Shown: positions 14,290 through 28,550 of the stretch, one piece after another
Layout of the letters: each line of letters opens with the position of its first letter
Numbering within the stretch: the stretch's first letter is position 1
NCBI GenBank assembly: GCA_977030845.1
Contig: OZ365110.1
Location: forward strand, 17,236,001-17,300,000
Length of the DNA: 64,000 bases
Source: Fimbriosthenelais zetlandica
Taxonomy: Eukaryota
Direction of reading: 5' to 3'
Translations under genes and position numbers: made by a program
Notes under the pieces: generated by a model
Databases searched by the model: none
Told to the model about the DNA's origin: nothing
What the model saw: only the letters and a program-made list of their open reading frames with translations

Positions 14290-14700
14290 TTTCATTTCCT
14301 CAATAGCGACTGATGCATTGAGATTTAATGAGTGAATGGCTAAAATAATGCAGGGGGAGAGCCGCAGGAACATGGCTCACAGACCACTCAGGTCTATGAG
14401 TATAAAGGTTCAGATCAGAGGGATCACGACTTGTGAAGTGCAATTCATTTATGTGTCTGTTAGGAGTGTGTGAGCTGTTCTCAAACTTGTTGATAGGGAG
14501 GGAGTGGTTGGTGACAGGTGAGTGTTGTGCACACGCTCCTCCATGGCTCCCTGACAGTACTTACCACTTACCTTATTGTCAGCTCCAACTGCTATTCACT
14601 CTGACAGGCGAATATGAACCTCAGGTTCAAGGAGACAGATGTCTGAGTTGGCCAAAGCTCAAACCCTGCTTTGAAATCATGAAGCAAACAAATGGAAGAG
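14290..14700 (-). mobile_element. Possible decayed tyrosine recombinase of a DIRS/Ngaro-like element
   Basis: Minus strand reads DI..VHIRLS, YCQGAMEE, SHSL and AAGV..PD in the order expected for xIRxSKTD, CPVxAM, HSFR and AGVPD. Many stops. Confidence 0.25.
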
Positions 14701-17700
14701 AATGAGAATGAAATTATTACATAGAAGGATGATATATTCATTGAACAGATTTATGAAAAAGTGTAACCTGCCGACAATTTTGGTATTTTCTAACAAATAT
14801 CTTTCTTGTGATGAGCAGTATTAGTTGATTTAATTTGATGAGTTTCTTTCATTATCCTATTAGCATCACTTTTCATCTTGGGCTCATACGCTGTGCTTCG
14901 GGTCTATAACCTTTTTTCCCAAGAGTCATCTTATTCTGGAAATAATAAGAAAGCTTCTGTGAATATAGATTCACAAATACAAACTCCAAACCCCAAATCC
15001 CAATGCACCAAACCCACTCTTTTGCTGCACATCTGCTCAGGTTTTGATCCCTAGAGACTAGGTTGACAACAGGGGACTACTTAGCCAACATTGGCATGCT
15101 AATGAATGCCATTGCCATTACTGGTCAATTGTAATTACTTGACGCCCAATGTCATTCCTTGCAATTGCATTTGCTCCTGGCCCATTTATGGGCTTGGGTG
15201 ATCTGCAGAAACCTACAGCCTGCATGGCTGTGCATGGGTGTTGGCCCAGGACGCTTCGTTTCTCAATGATTGACATTGATTATGGTCCATCAGTGTTATG
15301 AAACCCTGTGAAATGGACGTTTGAGGGGCTTGAATATAGTGATTATGGAATATGCCTTCCTTTGTTGACCTGTGTATGCGTGTCCGGCCCTTAAATTCTA
15401 TATTACATTCTGTAGTGAGATTCGCCATCTAATATCAGGAAGTTAATAGATTGAATATGCTATATAATTTTCATTTCCTAAAACCCGAAAAAATATCATA
15501 GAAAAAGTTGATTTGTATTCACTTCTATTTAAAGTTTATTGCATACCTTGTATCACAATAGATGATTACTGGGGACCTCAACTAGTTACCCTTATCTGTT
15601 TCTAACCTTCTTACTCTTGGAACGATTCTCAATGACTGTAGCAAAGGAAGAAAATGCAGGAGAATTTTCCTTAATAAGTTCCATAAGCGTTTTGCTAATA
15701 TTCGCAGCGGTGGAAGGTGATGCCAGGATGTGTTAGTTGGCCACTGTTGACAGGACCCTGAGAGGTACTTTAAAAGCAAAGGCCAGGGGAAGAAAATTGA
15801 ATCGCGCTTGAAAGCTTTTGGAAAACAGGATGAGATTTAATTAGGAGTAAAAAGGCAGAGGGGTAGGTAGAGATTACCTGTCCCTACCACCAGCTTTAAT
15901 CATACGGCTCCTGTACAGAGGGGAGTTAAGGGGTCAGCTTCTTTCTCCTCGGGGGTGATGGAACACCACCTTGGGGGTGCCTAAGCAGATCTTTGGGGGT
16001 TTCTATCGAGGGAAGGAGGAGTTAAGGGGGGAATTAGTGTGGTGTGGGCTATAGTATCACTATGGCCATTCTTAGCAGGTGCTGAAAGCTAGTCAATATA
16101 TATACCAGATACCTAGGCCAGCACACAGGGTGAGATTGAACAAGCTATCAGGCTTTTTTGCCTGGGTCGATATATTGTGATCAATCTGACATTTGCCCTT
16201 GTGAGGGGTGACCTTGTAATTGTAGGCCAAGGAGCATGCTCCTTCCTGCTATAATTAATCTTACTAGATAATGGGGCTTTCTGGTCAGTTATTTCCACAG
16301 CATGAAGATCTCACCATCATATTCTGTCACTATATTGATGAGCACCACAGATAGCAATTAACCTCATCCATACTTGAGCAGAATCCATACATTGTCAAAT
16401 GTGGATGCATTTAGGTTATAGGTTGTTCAAATGTGCAGTAATAAAAAAAGAGAACTGATTGACGTGTGTACATGGGGGGAAACACATATATTGAATCACT
16501 GCTGCCAAAAATGTTTAAATTTTCCCTTTGAGCCAATACATACACATTGTCAACACCGAATGTGGGTTTTCTGGAATTTTGATTTATCACTAGCTTCTCT
16601 TGTGATAAATCTAGCTTCAGTTGTCTGTTACATGTATCTTATATATGTTCTTAAAAGTTACAAATTAATACTAGATTATCTTTATGTGTATTAAGATTAG
16701 TAAAGGAGTTGCCAGTGAAAAAAAGACGAAGGTATGGCCTATAGAACATCATTAGAGGGCATTATAGAACAACATTTAGCAATTGCCAAATTATATGAAT
16801 AAATATAAAATTTATATTCAGCTATATTTACATTATAGTGTTTTATGAGGGATCCACTATATTGTTTCAAATCTCGAGGCATGTTCAATGTTTACTTTTC
16901 GTTCATGTTGAATTGTTACATGTCATAACCTTGGCAAAACCCTAACTCGCCAGCATGACCCCACGTTATTGAAATTTACTTGTGGTCAGCACATGTTACA
17001 TATAAAAATGTCCCCAGCATTTTATTCACAATGACAGCTGGTCATGGCTCCATGGGATGGTGGTGGTGGTGGTGGCGGTGGTAGTGAGTGGTGGTGGTTG
17101 GGTGTGGGATAGTCAAGTCCATTGAAGCCCATTTTGTATTTTTGGTGTGTGGGAGTGGTTCTGGATAGTGCTGGACTACAGCCGATGAAGAGCAGTTGAG
17201 GCAGAAAGATGAGGGACATGTCCAAGTACCCCAACCATAACTGCTACCTACCTTTTGTAATAGCAATTTGATTGACCACGGGTCCATTCTGGCAAACCCA
17301 AATCTGCTCAACTTTGATTGAATTGTCTACTCGTATTATAATGGTTCACATGTATAATTCAGAAAAACTCCCTGTATGGTATTTTAGAAATTGGGAAATA
17401 GGATTTTATTAAGATGATATTCTATGTTATTCTTGTTGTTGTCGTACAAGTTAATGAGTTGTCAGTTGAGATGAGACTTCTGTACTTAGTGAGACGGTCG
17501 TGATGACATGATGAATGATCAGCCATCATCATCCCTGATACCCTTAGTTGGACAAGCCTTGGCCACGGCCTATCAATGCGATCGATCCGGGTGAACGGGT
17601 AGGAGGGATTCACCCTGATAGAGCCTCTCACTTCCTACCTTCACCCCCCTCCTACCTACCCCCGCCCACCCCCCTACCCAACAAACCCATCCAATCACAC

Positions 17701-20688
17701 CTACATTTCTATACCACATTAGTTCACTACGGTACTATTCAGTACCTAAAGTACCTCCTAAATACTGCTTTTAATTCCCTGCAATTCTTCTCCTTGCTCC
17801 TATCTCTTCTTTTTGTCCTTCGTCCTAGAGCTTCATCTTCTGCTCTTCTCGTTGGCAATGAGTACCTCCTTCCTCCTCTTCATCTTCTGCTCCTTCATCT
17901 TCAATCTACCCACCCTCTCTTGCTCAGGAGCTGCTCTTCCTCCTGCTCATGCCCCTATTCCTACCCCCACCCCCCACCTTCCATCGTTTACCCCATTTCG
18001 CTCTCCCTCACTGTATATATTGATGATTCAGGATGCTGTACTCTACTAATGGTTGCTATCTGTAAGCCATTGCCTCCCAGCCCACAATGGCCATGTACTG
18101 CTTCAAACCCAACTATTATGCAGCCCCTTACACCCCCTATGTATTATTGAAGCTTATCCACAGCTTTCCTATGCCAGGTCAGCCAATGGTTAGAGTACTC
18201 GGGGCACAAACTCACTCCCATTGTCACTAGGTGTGTGCGTATCTGTGGACCATGTGTACATGTCTCCTGTGTGATGAGACAATGTATGCTTTGAAAGAAG
18301 CATTGTTAGCTCATTATTCTAATGGAGCCGAAAGAGATTCAAATGAGACAACATGTAACTTGACCAAAGGCAAAATAAATGAAAGTTATGTTTAATGTGA
18401 GCATGATTCCAGCCCCCTTAAACACATACTGTCATATAAACATGGATGAAAAACAAATGTGATAAGAATTAATTGGATGGATGTATTGAGGTAATATGGT
18501 ATAGAGGGATACTTAGTTTATATAAGGATATGCACATTGCACACTTTCATGATGACATGAATTCCATGTTCGATAATGGGTTTTAACAATGGGCGCAGTT
18601 AAGGCCCAGGCACTGGGGGTGTCATTAATATTTCTTCACTGTATTGACAAGAAAATTAAAGGCTTCGACTCTGGATATTCTGGCTGGGCTAGAGGGGAAA
18701 TGTGAAACAATATTGAAGTGGTAGTGGGGAACTAGAAATTACATTGGTCGATGCCAGGATCTGGCATCGAGCCATGCAGAGAACACGTCCAATGGTAGTG
18801 TTAGAGGGTTGGACCCACTCCCACCTTTCCCTGCCTCTCCCTTTCATATTATGATCCTACAAGTCCAATACTATTCACTTTCCCTCCACTCAATTAGGTG
18901 TCAACACATTCCTTTCACTAACCTCTATTTTTAATTTAATAAAATTGAGAATTAGAAAAAGAAGTTACATATAATTTAGTCATATATAACACTGCTTTGC
19001 CATCGTATTTGACTTAATTATAGTCCTTAAAATTAATTTTAAAATTATCTGTTCTCTATAGCTAATTCACCGAGGAGTTATTTGGACATTTTCCACCATC
19101 TGAAAAACTGAACTAGGAGTGCCTATTGTCTATGCATCTCTACAATGGGAGTAATTCTTTCAGTTAGGTCTTGCAGGAATTTTTTGTGTGGACAAAAATA
19201 AAATTGGGAGGTGGAGGAAACGCTGACTCTTCATGGTTGGTTTCCTAACAATACAACGTACAGAGAAAATTGTACAATGGTGCTGCTTTTATCATTTTTC
19301 CCTATTGGCACTCGGAAGTGGCATTTGGCAAATACACATTGGTTCAGGCCAAAATTAAACTGTTATATTGGAAGAAGGGAAGAACTCTTTCACGCCTTTG
19401 ATTCATTTGAAAGAGATCCGAAGTGGGGAAATATATATAGTCCTCCACCTCTTGGAAAATACCTGCCCCTGTGTGTATGATGACAGGCATTGAATAATGC
19501 ATTTAACTTCAGCTATTTTTAAAGACATGCAGTCATGGGTATGGGACTTGTTGGGCGGGTTCAGATTCCACTCTTCGCCATGTTCTCTCACCTTTCCGGT
19601 TCATCAGTGACATTTTGAGAAGGAAAGTGGAGAGCAGCCGAGGAATAATGGCGTTATGAAAAAACTTCAACTGATTTAAAGACAAGAGCTGCATTTTCAG
19701 ATTCAGAGATGCTTGGATTACGTGTATGCATCCATTTCACATTAGCAGGGTGTGAGTATGCTCCTAAATTAATGGTTAACTCCCTATGCCCCTGTATCTC
19801 TCTCTGTCTCTCATCCCCACTCTATCTCTCTCTGTTATAAGGATACATCAATGAAAGGCAAATGTTTTATTATTGCTGGGTTGACAGTAAAACCTGTGAT
19901 AGGGAGTTGGACTGTTTAATGTTCTGTTTGAACTTGAGGGGTTTTTGCGTACACTGCGAGCTGGGAAAATCAATACTCAGTATATGTGTGTATCATTCCC
20001 CTCTCCTCCCTCTCTCTCATATCACTCCCTATAGGATGGGTCTTCTCCCCGAGATGTATATACTGTTCTACAAGCAAATCTTCCTTGAAGATGTTGAAAT
20101 TATACTATATAACACAGCCTATAGCGCCAGTTATTATTTAAATCGTGAAAATAAATTTCACGCGTAATTTCATGCGTAATTGACCTGTCCATTGTTTTAC
20201 TATTACCTATCGTGGAATTTTAAATTAAATGATCCAAAATTGGGAAAGTTACCTTATAAATACATGATGTACACACTGCGATTGAATAGTTAACAGGCCG
20301 GTCTAATTATGGACAGGCTATGTGTGGAATAATCGTTGTACTCGCCACTAAAATCAATAGACCACTGAGCCATTCAAAAAGATCTATGTGTATTAGCAGA
20401 GTGTCACTACTAGTGATAATAAATACATATTTACCTTAGTTATTTATGATGGCAATTATTTATAGTTAGGTGATTGTGGCTGAGACCTTGACACTTGATT
20501 AGCAGGCATTTTATTCGTTTGAATTGGGTTTCAAAAGCTGGAATCATTTTTTTCATGTTTCATCTTACAGTGGTTTCTTATTGTAATCTTATCAATTATT
20601 TGCACACAAAGTCAGTTGTACAGCATGTTGTTGGCCCTGCTTAGTCAAGCGTAATACTTGGCATGTATTCTTTCATCCTCACCAAATA

Positions 20689-20689
20689 C

Positions 20690-20720
<31 letters not shown>

Positions 20721-20728
20721 ACACACAC
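20689..20728. repeat. C18 homopolymer plus (AC)11 microsatellite
   Basis: Direct count. Confidence 0.95.
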
Positions 20729-21583
20729 GTATTCCCCTCCCCCCTGATAATATTATATGTTCGACCATTAGGAAATTTACTTAAGTTTATGATTTCTGTT
20801 ATTGTCTTTTTCTCATTAATTTTTGTTGACACGTTTCCATTTATCAGGGTGCATTGTTGGCGTGATATTGCAGTATATTTTATCGGTTTTCTATATAAAT
20901 AAATTATTTTGAAGCTTATTGATCATCTCTAAAGAGATGCGATCAATGCATGGACACACTTATAAATATAAACTCAATATGTCATGGATATCTTCATCCT
21001 CCTCCCCGAAATCTATACAATCACTTACGTATAAATGCCATATTTTTCTTTTGATTGGAATAATTTCTCATAGGATTTAACCTAAGCCTTGTTGTCATAG
21101 TTCTTCCTGACATCCTTATATATAAGAAAAGCTGTGCACCCAGGCTAAGCCAAAGTGGCAGTAGTCTCCAGCCTCCTGGCCTGCCTTAACTGTGGCCGGG
21201 AAAAAGCCTTGTATTAGTTGTTAGCTTTGACTGCGGGGTCACCTGGACGGAAATATGTTTTCTTCTCAAAAAGGCAGGAGCGGCTCGGTGGACACCACCA
21301 CCCAGTCGTCTTAATTAATTAAGGCAGATAGATCAAACTTCTTTAAGCAGCCTTGGACTTGCTGCCTTAATTGGTTCATTAGACTAGTGTGACATTCACA
21401 GCCGACTCCTAGTACCACTAGCCTGTGTTAATGATAACTGGGCCCTGCCTTTCCTCTTGTGTTTTCCCCGCTTCGCTGTTATTGATAATCATGATAATTC
21501 CTCACCGGCTTATACCTTAGGGATGGACCAGGGTCTCTTGTTTGTGTGTGCGTGAGTGAGTCCATGAGTGAGTATGTGTGTGT

Positions 21584-21601
21584 GGGGGGGGGGGGGGGGG
21601 G
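21584..21601. repeat. G18 homopolymer within a TGAG/TG simple-repeat patch
   Basis: Direct count; flanked by GTGAGTGAG and TGTGTG. Confidence 0.95.
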
Positions 21602-24600
21602 TGGGGGTGAGTGAGTGAGTAGGCAAGCAAATCCTTGCTTTATTTATAACATGATATGCTTCTCCATTATAACCCTAATGAACCTCATTTATAAGGCATG
21701 ACAATGCAAGGCCACATCACTAATAATGGCGGCCATCCCATGATAAAGCTGCACTATCCCTTCTATACACCACAGACAACAAACCTCCTCCACCCTTCTA
21801 ACTTAATATCTAATTGTAGCATCCTCCTTGAAGTATAGACAGGCAAAATACACAAAACCAAAATTCTATAATCATGCTTTTATTCCACTTTTGTGCCTAC
21901 AATACAATGCCTACAATATATCAGGGATGTCTCCATACATAACAGCATGTTTATTCCATATTCCATCCATGCATAAGGCTAATAGTTAACCCTCTAAAAT
22001 ATCCCACTGGCAAAATTTCACTCCATCGTAAAATAGCAGGCAATGGAGCCAGACGTATGGGTTGTTTACTCGCCTACTCACTGAAAGCGACTAGATATTG
22101 ATCACTTCCTGAGCCAAAAATAATTTTTAGAAGATTGGGAGCATGTGGAGAAGGAGGGGAGGTGTTATCACTAATCCCTATCCATCACAATCACACTTCA
22201 TAATCTAATGATTACAATATGATATATTAACCCTATTAAAAATGCCTGCCAAAGCTATTAATAACGCTGATTTAATCAGAGGTAGATCACTGCAGTCAGA
22301 CCTTTCATAGATTGGGTGGTGTCATTTGAGTCCTTTCTAATCAGCCTTTTGAGCCCCTCAAACTATCTTTTAACTATTGGGACTGTATATAACCTTCTAT
22401 CATCTACAAATATATCCATTTTTTTTTCTCGATAAAAACAGTTATTAACCCTTCGCAAAATTGTCCCCTAATGGCTACGAAAGCACATTTTCATTTTCCA
22501 TTTACACACAAAACGTTCACATCACATTCCATATCACTTGGAAAAACTTTGGAAAAATTGATAACTAATACATTTCCCAGTAGATTCCTTTGAAAAACGG
22601 ACCATTGGCTGCATCTTTAATGCATGTTATAATTGTATGCTATTGTCTGTTGTAAAATGAACACTGAGGGCGAGGCGAACATCGTGAATGTGACTCATGT
22701 ACGGTGTAATCTGCTGGGGATGGCAGTGGTCATCAAAAGTGGTGTAGAATGACCAGTAACCTGTATGTGAGACCAGGCTATGAGCACCATTGCTTTACCC
22801 CCAGACAATTGGCCATTAGGCCTAGAGACCACTGCATACCAATTACATTGGGCACATGCATGGAACTATCTCCAGAATGGAGGAGATGTGAATACTGGAG
22901 CATGAGAAAGGGGAGGGGGGAGGGGTGGTGTATACTATAAGCCTTGATTGGAAATAGGTTGTTAAAGCCTCAAAACCCACGAATTTAGAAGACATTTCAA
23001 CTACTTTAAGCATATTATTTTCATTTGTGTAGGCTTAATTTGATATGGAAAATACCGGATCAAAATATAGCACAGAAATGGAAATATTGATCATAAGGCC
23101 TATCCAATAGAAACTGTTACCAAATGTGACAAAGGACTGAGAGGGCCTGGCTAAGTCCCCCATCAGACAGTGGTGGTGGGAGCCATATAGTAGGCTACAG
23201 GAGGAGCAGAAAGGGCTATAGGCACACCTTCCAGCCTGGAGGACAAACACCGGGCAGGGGAGCAGCTTGCGAGCCGCTCCCGGGGCTGTATGCTGCTCAG
23301 ATTGTGGCCGGCTTTTTAGTAGATGATTGGTAGGTGGGCACCAGACGAGTCAGGATTTCCGATTTCCTCCATTTGCCGGATCAGGCGACTGGCATCGGGG
23401 TGGACCCGCGGTCTCATCCCTCCATCCCTTGATGTCGGTGCTTGTCCTCCTTCCATGCCTCTCTCTCTCTCTCTACCTCCTCCAGGCTTGCCATTCTCCC
23501 CCCCAACACTCCAGCAGTAGGAGGAGGAGTGGGTTCTTGGCCCTGGAGGCAAAAGATACTACTCATTCTTCTCCTGTCCCTGGATGTGGAAAGTTTCGTC
23601 CTCCCCAAATCTGAAATAATTTATTTCATTGATGTGTTCTCCAGTTGCATTGTGCAGTCCTGGGATCCCCTGTCAATACATATAGTTATCGTATATCTAT
23701 GACCCCTAATTATTGTTACTATGTATTGGTGAATTTGAGGACAGAATCATGAACCATGTAGTATGGTGTGCCCTGACTTTCCTCCTACACAGGTCTATTC
23801 CCTCCTCCACATCCTGACAAACTTACGCCCTGATTAGGAAGTAAATTCTCATATTTAAGTGACCAAACATGCTGTCCTAACCTTGCCAACCAGTGGAGAT
23901 TGCCACCACAACCACCACCACACCACCACCACCACACTACTACCACTCTCCTGCCTCTATCGTTTCCATGGTTACCCATCGCATTACAATTTAGGGGCTA
24001 GAGTCTGGTACTAGTCTTGTCTTCCATACCACATTCTCATGACTTCTAATCAGATAGGTTGGCCCGGCTAGTGTGCACTGTCCACCATACGGCAGTAGTT
24101 AGACTACATATCCTATAGGCTATACATGCATGTGGATGCAACCAGTGTGTATGATTCGCTCCCAAAAGTGACCTCTCCTTCCATTGCCAAACACACCTCT
24201 TACCAGTATATATCATTTGTTTTTAAAAACACAGCCAAAACAGCCAACGCCCTACCCCAAAATACGAAAAATAAAAGACCCCAAAATTAACACAAAACAA
24301 TAACATAACATAACATACATGACAGAGCTGGTATGAGTAGGAATCCTTATAAATGTTATATTCACCAGTCTCTTGATGTTCCTTCCTTGACATCCCCTCT
24401 GATCACAGTGCTTAAGCCTCATGTTACGCAATATTCCATGATTACAGTGAATGGTCATTATAGGCCGGTAATAGGTTTATATATTGAAGTGCTATTGGAT
24501 GGAGCCACCGTTGGTGTGGTATGTTGTAACAGAGGGAAGATTTGGATATAAATGCAATGAATATTCTGGTTTTGAGGGATGATCCACTATGGATACTTAA

Positions 24601-26030
24601 AGCAATCTCCCCCTAATTAAAATGGCTGACATTCATCCTAAATATTGGTCGAAAATGATGCAGATACATGTAGATCTCTTTCTCAAATACCTCCAACTTG
24701 ATTGCTTGAAGCAATGAAACTAATGGTTACTGAGTCTCGAAGAAATTTTTCTTGATTCAACCAAGCGATATAATATTGAAGAGACATCGCTGCCATCTTA
24801 TTTTGAAAACACTGAAAACCTATATATGTCTCAACAAAAAAAAACAATGCACCACCCAACCCCAGCATTGTATGCTTTGAAGTATAAATGGCTGCCATTG
24901 TGGAGGCCATTAATATGACCTACATTATTAGAAGGCCTATTTGTTCTTTTCAGCATGCCTGCTTAAGCGTATGATCATTTTTATTTCACAGATGATTGAA
25001 CATTGCCGGGCGACCACCCTTACGGTGCTCGTGATGTGCAGACTAAAACAATGCTTCCATTATCAGCTTGAAAAGCACTTTTACTACATTTACTCAAGGA
25101 GCTATGGAAATTAACATAACCTTATGGCAACAATCCCTGTAGATACGGCCCTTTGTGGTGGATACGAACAGTACTACCGACCGAACAGAAATTAATGCAA
25201 TCAACGTAGCCATTACATTATTTAACGGACTAGTTAGTTAGATTTGAAGAGGATGCCTAGTGTGTGGGTGGGGATGACAGTGGTCAACAAGAGACTCGTA
25301 GTTGAAGATGACAATGGTCAAGTATGCATTAGACCAATGAAATATGGGATTCAAATAGTATGAATATTTGGACGTCAGATATGACCACCTTCCCAACCTC
25401 AATCTTGATCGTAGCTATATTTAATCAACCACTGCCTTCTGCTAAGCACCATTTTCACATACTACTTACAATCTGCTTACATTGGCAAATTGCTGCGGGC
25501 AACTAGATCCTTCAGCTATTCCTAACCTTGATTGTACGGCACAGAAAAAGACATTTACAATGCAAATATGTCCTCTGTTATTTACCTATATCTAGGTTGA
25601 AATCATAAAACACATAAATTTGTAAATGTAAGTATTGGAATGTGAGCTCCTAAAACCAGGCTCCTAAAAAGACCATTAGGTAAACTTTGCGCACTCGCCA
25701 TGCTTGATGGTTAATGTAATTCCCTGTTTCTATAATGTCCTTGATGCTATTTAATTTCTCTCTGCCATCAATCAGTTTATTACATGATAGAATGCTTATT
25801 GGTGAGAGCAGGGACAAATTAAGCCACCCTTCTTCTCCCACCATGCCCTACAAAAGCCCAATGAGTGTTCAGCTGTTTCCAGCTTTTGCATAAAACCCGG
25901 AGCAAGGTCAAGACAAGGGCGCCTAGTTCTCCGGGAGATTGGATTGGTACAATCAAGAGGAACGAACAGAATGTAAATGAAGCATGGTCCAATGTCTATT
26001 GGAGAGACCACTTTGTTTTTGTCGACTTAC

Positions 26031-26156
26031 ACACGGTTCGTCCGCGCCTAGTCGCACGAACATCTTTCCCATACGGTAACACACGAGTCCTCCAGCCCCC
26101 TCCTCCTCCTCCTCCTCACCCACCACCACCTCCTCCTCTACCACCTCCTCCTCCAT
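26031..26156 (-). CDS. Candidate first coding exon of an unknown acidic-N-terminus ORF (MEEEVVEEEVVVGEEEEEEGAGGLVCYRMGKMFVRLGADEPC)
   Basis: GCAGCCATGG Kozak context, 42 open codons, then a GTAAGT donor in phase 0 (26030-26025). Upstream are TGATGTCA and CCGGAAGT motifs, with local CpG enrichment. No homology recognised and half the ORF is low complexity. Confidence 0.3.
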
Positions 26157-26879
26157 GGCTGCGGAGCGTGTGTGTGAGCTAAAATTAGATATGACATCAT
26201 AGGTTATTGTGGGAACTTCCGGTCTTGTGGTAGGAGGCAGTTGCAAACAGCTCGAGGCCAAGCCTGGTGGTGCTGTATGCTGCGGAGATGCTTGGGTTGT
26301 AAACATGTGGGTGCATGGTATGAGAAGGAGAGGTGGGGGTGGGGCAATGGACCCAGGAGGGACTGGGGCTGATATAGGCCCACCTGAAACCTAATTCCCC
26401 CCAGTATAACTGAAACTCATGCTTCAAAACTCAGCAAATATTCTTTTCTATGCTTTTTGAAGGTTTCATGTTTCACGATACAGAAATCAGCCCCTGGTTG
26501 AAATTTCAAATGCTAGTTTGAATCCGATCCTTGATTTTCGTAACCTCTGTCCTCCATTTTGAATGCACCTACAAATGCCACTAAATGAAATTATGCAGGG
26601 TATACTATACTGTTCTTATAATAGTTGCTGCAAAAATTAACATTGAGCTCAACTTGGATGCTTATCACAATCCCGTGCATAGTAAATGGCCTTACCGATG
26701 TCGTATCAATAGGGCAAATTAGAAGAAAAACACTTCCCATTATGTTTTGCCTGGAAAAGTGAATCAGAAATGCAGACCATTATCACCCGATGGCGTGAAA
26801 AGCTGGCTGTATATAAAAGAGAAAGAGTGGTGGGAAGCTTTGTAGGGAGCGATCTGTTGATTGATCAGTGCCCCTGGTT

Positions 26880-27180
26880 ATAGGCTCCAACTCCAGGCTT
26901 AATTGTCACTATTACCTTGCTATATATGAAAGACTGAGGATCAAGGCTCAAGTAGGATCGATGGAAGCATTAATGAGTGGATGGGAGAAATGGGGTTAAA
27001 CAGTGATAGAGGAGCATGTGAGATTCTTTGTCATGGACCTGTATACTCTATGCAAAATGGAAAAATCTTGACCGAATATATAAGTAGTCCACAAATGGCT
27101 TTGAAGATACTTAAATAAGAAATGCATTGATATCCATACCAATAGGTTAAACTGAGTGGCCCTGACCTGCTCATCACTTG
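26880..27180 (-). mobile_element. Possible decayed tyrosine recombinase fragment (DIRS/Ngaro-like)
   Basis: Minus strand reads SIFKAICGLL (27111-27082) followed by an FFHF-like segment, resembling LFKAMxxLAFFxFLR. Frameshifted. Confidence 0.2.
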
Positions 27181-28550
27181 TAAGGCTATTTAGTGGTTTG
27201 AATATTACTACCACTCTGCCTCCCATGGTGCCTGGTGGAACAGATGCTAAAGGCCGCCATTGGATTGCCTGGCTCTGCTCACTCTCCTCTGCTCCTGCCT
27301 TATTTTCTGCAGACACAAGTCCATTTGTCAGAGCCAAGCTCACCAACAATCCAATCATCCCACTAGATGACTATTGCAATCATTTATCAAATGTATTCCG
27401 GCTTGATCGCCCTTCCCTGACTAAGCCCGGTCCATTGAAGGACGAAGCATTGCCATTTTTACCTGAGGTCAAAACATGAACAGCAAGTCAATGTGCAGGA
27501 AACGAGTGGCTGGCTGACAAGCTGTGTAGACTACTAGGGCTTAGATGTTTGATAGCAGACGCTGTTTGAGGCAGGAAAGTGGGGGAAGACAGATGAAGGG
27601 AAATGAAGGTAAGATCATAGATCATGGGGTTATCAAGATGACATGCCTTCAATATCCAACACCCTGTTTACCACATTGCCAACGATAACCCATTATACAC
27701 ATGCTTTATGAGTAACATAGAAACTACTCGATCAAATCAATGATCGCATATCTAAGATATGGATAATATCTCAACATAGGAGGGAAGGCATATTGGGCCA
27801 ACAGAATATGAAGTTTTTATAGGAAATTGACAAAGATAAGTTGAAAATGTTGAAAGTATCAATGATCATTGAGGGCTGTGAAGCAATGATCCTTACTGAA
27901 GTATGAAGGAAGTACTTGTGCTTCATTTTGCTTGTAGTGAGGTATTATACCAGCTGACCACGAGTAATGAATACATTGCCTGGTCGACTAGTGATTTGAC
28001 TTATCACTATTGATCACGCACACCACCCCATTATCGGGGAACAAACAAGGTCCATTAGTTGTTTACTCTTCTTGCTGATAATACAATGCAAATCCATGCA
28101 GATTACCCTTCCTTCTCAGTATTATTTCACTTAGGCCACATTGTTTGCATTTCTCTTTGATTTTCTTCAGTACGGCGAATGTCAATCTAATCCTCGCTTC
28201 TGGAATCAAAATCCTTGTGCAAAATTCATAAATCAAAAATAAGTCTTGGAGAATACGACTATGCTGAGGCTATCAGTCTTCCAAAAAGGCCTACCGATCA
28301 TCGTCAATAGTCATGGACATATGATACTCTTGAGAACATTGTCTTTTGTATTACAACTGTGGGTTGTGCTATTGTTTGTAAAAAAAAAATCCTTATTCGA
28401 AGAGGTCACTGCAGACGAACTTCTGTTTATTCTTATGTTAGATAATCACATTCCTGTATAGATACAGTGAAAACGAGGGACAACAATCCATTGAAAAATT
28501 ATATTGCTTAGACTTTACTTTATACTCATTATGTCTCTTTTTCATTGCAG

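Noticed and set aside
17548-18150. 200-aa ORF, the longest in the track
   Set aside because: Driven by pyrimidine-rich CCT/CTT tracts giving Pro/Leu/Ser runs; no recognisable family.
28171-28242. Strong acceptor TTTTCTTCAG 380 bp upstream of the kinase exon
   Set aside because: All three frames stop within about 75 nt, with no good donor and no kinase motif.
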